From: Mitosporidium daphniae
Taxonomy: Eukaryota
DNA: 39,432 bases
Assembly: GCF_000760515.2 (NCBI RefSeq)
Contig: NW_013546412.1
Span: 1 to 39,432, forward strand
Reading direction: 5' to 3'
The notes under the pieces were generated by a model. That model saw only the letters and a list, made by a program, of their open reading frames with translations. It was not told the DNA's origin and searched no databases. The translations under genes and the position numbers were made by a program. Below, in pieces: positions 33,101 through 39,432 of this stretch (position 1 is the stretch's first letter; each line of letters starts with the position of its first letter).

Positions 33101-34108
33101 ATGTACTCTTCGGGCCGTTCTAAGGCTAGCCCTATGGACTGGAATCGCAATGTAGAGACGCCTTCTTTTCCCTTTCCGGTTAAAAGGAAAGATGCAAGTA
33201 AATTATGTCAAGAAACCCCTTTAAGCAACACAACTGCAGGAATGCAGCTCTCCAACAAAACCCCAACAGTACCACTATCGCAACAAAGCTCTGGATTGGC
33301 GTCAATGCCTTCGGCCAACTTAGAAGACTCTACAACCTCAATAGAGGAAGCCGAAAAAAATTCCTCGTCATTGAAAAAAAGCGAGCAATGTACGGCCCAA
33401 TTGAAAAACAAAGGGCCTGCATCTTTCCCCGCAAAGTTTTTTGCCTCCTTTACAGATTTACTAAATGCAAGGAACATTTCCATATTGCCTTATATTTTGA
33501 TTGGATATCTTCGCTTAGTATTTCATTTAACGTGGCTATTGACGTTCATTTGGGGCATTTGGGCATTATATGCAATACTAATGAACGACGTTTCGATTAA
33601 AATCAACGCAGAGACCAACCTGATCATTCAAGAGATAGAACAGGCAAAAATGCTGTTCTCTCAAAACAAATGCTTCAATGAAGATGTTATCCGGAACTCC
33701 CCGGCGCTAGATTCGTTGTGTGCGGGATGGAAGACCAAGGCAGAGCAGTCGGATCCAAGATCCAAGATTTCGCATGGAAAATTAATGGCCGAAACAATCG
33801 CTGAAATCATCAACTCATTTGTGGAAAGGATCACCCTTAGATCTCTGGTAAGAGCATTGAAAGTTTTTATTTTCTAGATCTTCTCTATAATTTTCTTCCT
33901 AGTAATGGTTGTCTTTTCACGGTCCTTGAATAGCATTATCCATCATCATAATGATGCCACCGGTCCGGGATCTGCAAATCAATGCACTCGCTGTCATTAC
34001 TATTCGGAAAGTAATGGCGCCCATCACTTTGCCGCATTACACAACATAAAGCCAAACTACCACCGGTTGCCTTCGCAGCCTCCAGAATATGCACAAATTT
34101 GCTCTTAA
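33101..34108 (+). CDS. BRL1: Brl1/Brr6 nuclear-envelope protein
   Basis: PYILIGYLRLVF TM helix, NDVSIKI, PALDSLC, AETIAEIINSFVERIT. Intron 33848-33877 leads into a second TM helix. Confidence 0.88.
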
Positions 34109-34176
34109 TAATAAAAAGTGAAAAGAAAAATTGAGTGCTTTGACATTCTCTCAAAAATTTCATTTATAATTTCTTG

Positions 34177-34889
34177 ATGAACGAAAGCAAATCCACCTCG
34201 CCAACATCCCTATTTTCCATAGGGAACAAGCAAGGGGAGCGTTCTCCAAAGGGGTTTCAGGGCATCAAAACACCCACAATCGTAGGAAACCACAGATTAT
34301 ATTTAGGAATTTGAGAAGGCAATTGATACTCTTCGCACTGCACATGCACGTGTGCTTTCCTCATACGAATCGGATATAACAACTTTAAGGGCGTCGATTT
34401 CTTTGCTATATAGCCAGGTACATGATCAGCCCCTTTAACTAAAGATTTCCGAGAAAGATGATGAAATAAAAAGACTCCACACCCACATCGTCGTGCTAGA
34501 GGGCGAGAATTCTTCGCTGCAAAAAGAGGCTGCCGATATTCTGGAAAAGTACTCGAAGTGGAGGTCAAATGCTTACGAGCTAGAAAAGTTTAGAAAAGTA
34601 CCAAATATGTCCCTCTTTATCACAAGGCAATAATCGGCATGCTTGGAACAAGCGCCATTATAAATGTAGATGACGAATTTTTAAAGGAGCGACCAAAAAG
34701 AACGTCAAGCTTTGAAGAGGAAGATCCAAATGAGACCACGTTTTCAAGTGAAAAGCGCCTACAAGAAGAGGTTTGTTTGCTTCGTTAACACATGGCTTAT
34801 AGATGCGAGCGTGGAGGCTTCAAATCAACAAGACACCGTCCCCACCAAATGGCCCTGCATGTGAGAGATCAGCCAAAAACAAAACCTGA
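34177..34889 (+). CDS. Hypothetical coiled-coil protein, 199 aa, absent from the ORF track
   Basis: Four phase-0 GT-AG introns (34282-34306, 34418-34444, 34598-34626, 34771-34802) join five exons into one open frame from ATG 34177 to TGA 34889. Confidence 0.8.
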
Positions 34890-36172
34890 CAAAAAGGTAC
34901 AAAATGCCGCAAATGTAACTTCAGTCTTGGATTTCGAAGCTCAGATTTGCCCGTTGAACAGGTGAATTGCCATTAAAATTTAAAATTATATCAATTTTCG
35001 GGATAAACGAAATGCAATCATCGCTCCTCAATTCAAAGGGATGTATGCTTTAAGGCGGAAGTGCAATGTAGATCATTGCAACTTTAATTTTATAATTAAA
35101 AGTGAAAAGCTTAATAATTTTGACAACCCTAGCCCCTATATGGCACCCTGAAGCCCAGATTTGACCCCTTCACACCTTGGGCTGCAATGTGTACACTGCA
35201 AATTTTAATGTTTCGTATTGAAGTTAAACGTCATTTATATTGCACTCAAATCCCAAATTAGATCGCTGAGGAGATGTGATCATTTCAAGCTTTAATTTGG
35301 CAATCTAAGGCTAGGGTTGCAATTGGATTGGAGAGAAATACCAACTTCGTCCTTCTTGTAAATTGCGGAGTTATAGCAATTTAAATATTCAATTTCAGGT
35401 GTAGCGATCGTGTACGTAAATAATTTTCTTGCACCATAAATAGGAGCCAAATGTCCGAAAGATACGGACATGTCAAAAATAGCGGCCAAATAGCCTCTTG
35501 CAGTTGGCTTACATATATAAACAGAAGGAGCCAAAAACATTACAAATATGTAGCTTGTAAAGACTTTGCGGATCTAGATGATAAAGCCAGCAGGCTTTTG
35601 GCTTAAAGGATCCGTAAGATCCATAAATTGCATACTTATCTCCGTTTAAAGTCTATAGTGGCAATAAACCGTCACTAATATTCAGGAAATAATATCCAAA
35701 AGCAAGAGAAGATCCGATTCAATAGAATTAATCAATTTGATGAATAGACTTCGATAGTTACTGATAGGGAACCCTGAAAAATGCACACGAAATCGACCTA
35801 ATGAAACATAAAGGATCCTTGCTGTAAATTTTTGAAAAGACATCTACAGTAGTTATGATTATTAAACGACACAAAGCTCATTCGAAGATAATATATAGGT
35901 AAACGTTCACATATATTCGAAAAACCAAATGAAATTGCGAGCTGTATCGCATAAGGTTAGGGCTAATGTATTTTTTTGGAAAGCTAATGTAAATTCACGG
36001 TGAAAATTTGTACGGCAATCCTAATCCACCAGTAAGATTCGTTTGGTAATTACCCTCTTCTAAACAAAAGCTTAATAAAAATAGTGACAACAAAAAAAGC
36101 TAGATAGGGTATGGCATATTGAAAAGTCAATACATTTTAGCACACTTGTAGGCACAAGTGACATCGAATCAA

Positions 36173-38024
36173 TTATTCACATAATAAATTATTTGAGCTG
36201 TACAGAACGGCCTGGGAAGCGGTGCAATAGGCAATCCATTCCTTAGCCTCAATCATGGAGCGTGCTATTCCAACAATATTTTCGTTACAATTTGAAGGCA
36301 ATTTTTGGATGACCTGTGGTTGCTGAGATTCATTACCCCTCATGTTTTCCTGCTGATAGGATGGAAGGGACCAGAGGTCAACTGATGAAGATGCCTCGTC
36401 AGAAAGCAAGGCAAATGCTTTGGAATCGGTTTCTTCAGACATGTAAACAACGCTTCGGCTCATTGTCTTTTGACCAGAGGAGGCATAAAAGATTGTCGGA
36501 TTTTGTTTTGAAAAGGAGTCGCCATGCATGTTGTCGACTTCAAATGCGTCAAGCAAAAATGTGTCTATGATGGGGAAAGATATTCCACATACCATAAATG
36601 TGAATGGAGGGCAAATGCAGCGGATACTGCCGATAGGAGACCAAAAAATTTCTACCGCAAGCCGCCCCGTCATCGAATGCAAGAGACGTACATGAAACTA
36701 CAATGGATTTGAAATCGACGCGGAGGGATACCTTTATTTCCGCCTTTGAGGCTTTCTGGCAGCGCCAAGGCTGCTGGCTTTGAAGAGAGAGAATCTGTTA
36801 TGTCCTTTTTAAAGTAGGCGCCTCGAAGACTACCAATCAGCAATCCATTGTTCTGAGAATCAAAGGCAAGTGAATGGATTGGAAATGACGAGTTCTCTTC
36901 CACAGCACATTTGCAAATTGGATCTGAAATTTTTCTTAGATCGTATCCATAAATGCTTCCATTTGAGCATCCGGCGTACACTATATTGATGTCTAAAGAA
37001 TCATAGCAACAAGACCAAACGGGAACCCCTATTTCAAAGCTAGGAAAGTTAAATGCCTTTAGTACCTTGCAAGGATATTTTTGCTCGACAGGCTGGATAG
37101 TTTCATTGCTCCATCTAGGGATGCGGTTAAAATCGAGGAGTCCTTCCAAGGGGAACATCGCATGTCTTTAATTGGAGAACAATGCAAAGGCACAAAATCA
37201 AAGGAAGTGAGATCTGCCAGTGAAAGTCTATGTACACCATATGCAAATTGCTTCTCATAATTTGATGGGGATGGCTTGGATGCAATTGCGTATTTGAAAT
37301 ATGGATCAAACGTCACACAACGAGGGCCCTAAAAAAAGCACCAAAATCTTACTGCCCCAGCACCAAGGGCAATGCTTTTCTTAAATTCCAATATCCCATT
37401 ACGAATCGACTTGAATCTCTTTGTCGACGATTTTTCTTCCGAACGATATAAAATCCGTTCCTTTCTCAAGAGATCTTGGCTGTCTTTTAGCTTTTGTTGC
37501 GTCCAAACCAGCTCCGCTTGCAAAGCCGTGATTGTGGACGAAAGCTGGCTAAATTGACTTTCTGCTGCCACCTGAGCCGATTTTGCCACGCGAAGTGAGG
37601 CCTCCATTGCCTCTAATTGCTGTGTATCCACAGCAACAACATTTGTCGTAAAGATGATGCGAATGTCTGACCTCTTTGTTGGTGCGTTGCATGTTGGGCA
37701 TTTCGATGAGCTTGATGGTTTTGAGGATCTATTCATGTTGTAAGTGCTTTGGATCCATTTTTCAATGCATCTAAAAGTTGAAATCTTCAACCGGTTACCG
37801 CTTTCCAAACAAATGCCCACATTTCAAAGAGACCACCCGGTGTCTGCCTTGGTTCCCAAAGGACTCGAGACAGCTGCTACAAACGCAATTCTATTTTAAT
37901 TTGATGTCAATGTCCATGCCTCACTGTTGGGCGGCTGGATAATTGAATTTTCGTTCACATTTTCGTCCTCTTCGCTGTTATCCGAATAATTGGCGTCATC
38001 GTCGTCCTCATCCTCTGCTGGCAT
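36173..38024 (-). CDS. RFWD3: RING-WD40 E3 ubiquitin ligase, RFWD3-like, 6 introns
   Basis: CSSCLESF...HRVVSLKCGHLFGKRCIEKW...KCPTCN, coiled coil, WD40 motifs (LHCSPIKDM, PVWSCC). Introns 37891-37919 (GC-AG candidate), 37771-37798, 37329-37352, 37040-37065, 36698-36731, 36565-36592. Confidence 0.9.
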
Positions 38025-38042
38025 CGGAAAGGTGAGCCAAAA

Positions 38043-38741
38043 TTAAAATTGGTCGTTTTTTAATAAAAAGGATTTAAAGGCAGAAAAGTGGGCCTTATTT
38101 CGAATGCAACTGTCCTCTCCCAGAATTACGATAAAAGATCGCCCAATTTCTGGGATGCAGACAGATGGGATTTTATGGTTGTCAGTGCCTCTTTGAAGGC
38201 TTTTCAGCGGTGCATGTATGGAGGCTGTATTGCCAAAAAATCCAGGGGTATCAATTCTGACGGAAACATTTTCCGGATAGCCAAATACATGGTCATTTTT
38301 GATGGGAACGACCATCGTATGGCCTCGTGTCCACAATTTGAACACATATTTACGGGAAAAGGAGTGGAAACAAAGCGCACATAAATATGTAATGCTAACG
38401 GCTGTGATGGATTAGAAAAGAATATTTGTACCTCCAAGCGAAACGAAGCCGATTTTGTTGATTCTTTCTTGTGTCTCAAGGGGGAGGTCATTTATACTTT
38501 TTGATTTTTCGTGCAGAATTTGAGAATTTTCTGCATCCGCAAACGCACCCACGCATGCTACCACGGAGAGAGCAACGGACGACAAAAAGGTAGCAACCGA
38601 GCAGAATTGTAGTAGTCGTATTTTAGAGTTAAAAGGGCCCTCATAAATTAAATTCCAGTCACCGACACATGCTCCGGCATTGATTTTGGCAGCCAGCAAG
38701 GATTCCTTGCTACGAAATACCGAAATCAGCCTGGAGAGCAT
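38043..38741 (-). CDS. TMEM70/TMEM186/TMEM223-family mitochondrial membrane protein
   Basis: Presequence-like MLSRLISVFRS, IYEGPFNSKIRLLQFCS, two TM helices. FHSFSRKYVFKLW follows intron 38402-38431. Confidence 0.7.
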
Positions 38742-38862
38742 GGAAAATTAAAATTTTTAAATCGAGTTTTCGCGGATAAGTAGTGGGCTAACTGAAACGC
38801 GCATCAAGCTTGGAAATAGGCCCGTTCAAACATTCCCTCTTGTTGCGCAAAGTATTATACGA

Positions 38863-39257
38863 TCATTTATTTTGGGTGATCTGGGAATCAAGGAAGGATA
38901 TAATCTGCGTTGGTGATTGAGCACCCACAAGTTGACTCTTTTCCTGCGAATCAATAAATAATTTCATGGTCGGAAGGGATGTGATCTAAATGCATCACGC
39001 TAAAGAAATACCTACCTTATATTTGCTGGCGAGATCTGGAAACTCATCGGTATCGACTTTGGCAAATGTAATTGAAGACGATTTTGTTTCCGAAATCTTG
39101 GAAAGAACAGGAAAGAGCGACTTACATGGGCCACACCACCTGTGTGATAAGGGGTATATTAGCATTACTCTGCTGAAAAGTCAACCAATAATGGCTTGAG
39201 CTTAGAGGAGTCCATCAGCGACTTCCATTCCATGGCACTTTTTACTATTTTGATCAT
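38863..39257 (-). CDS. Thioredoxin, 111 aa, absent from the ORF track
   Basis: LLVDFSAEWCGPCK, FAKVDTDE and ITSLPTM after removing introns 39140-39168 and 38986-39015. Confidence 0.95.
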
Positions 39258-39387
39258 CGCGAATTTTTAAAAATAAAGTCCCAATTTCTACTTTTCAGGG
39301 AAGGAATATTGCCGGTGCACGTTTAAGGTCTGGGTTGAATGGGGGCACTTTTTTATTTTAAGAACTAACTATTCAAGTGAAAATAGG

Positions 39388-39432
39388 ATGTCTCGTGAAG
39401 AAGATCTAGGGCTTGACTTACAGGGGACGATA
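39388..39432 (+). CDS. Possible start of the next gene (MSREEDLGLDLQGTI...)
   Basis: ATG divergent from the thioredoxin, open to the window edge; too short to verify. Confidence 0.25.
   Translation, partial: MSREEDLGLDLQGTI

Noticed and set aside
35584..35625. U2 snRNA-like GGCTTTTGGCTTAAAGGATC
   Set aside because: Lacks the invariant GTGTAGTA branch-pairing sequence.

Overview
Gene-dense eukaryotic nuclear DNA with about 32 protein-coding genes in 39.4 kb and spacers often under 100 nt. I can reconstruct about 47 spliceosomal introns by hand; about 40 are only 22-35 nt and a few (44-212 nt) are longer. AT-rich AAATT(T) tracts sit just upstream of start codons. Mitochondrial (MAM33, PAM18, UPS2-like, TMEM70-like, MTQ1-like), peroxisomal (PEX11) and meiotic (HOP2) genes are retained. 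This points to a reduced Rozellomycota / early-branching microsporidian such as Mitosporidium (inference, not verified). The ORF track fragments most genes and misses two entirely: a WCGPC thioredoxin and a 199-aa coiled-coil protein. I see no tRNA, rRNA, CRISPR array or intact mobile element, and no clearly new multi-gene system. The best leads are a cyclophilin-less CWC27, a stop-interrupted presequence-like extension on GlyRS, a frameshift beside (TTAGGG)n in a CorA gene, a structured non-coding gap with a telomere-template-like motif, a proximal decoy acceptor in HOP2, and GC-AG / GAG-acceptor mini-introns. All intron coordinates and family calls come from manual reading and recalled motifs, not from searches.
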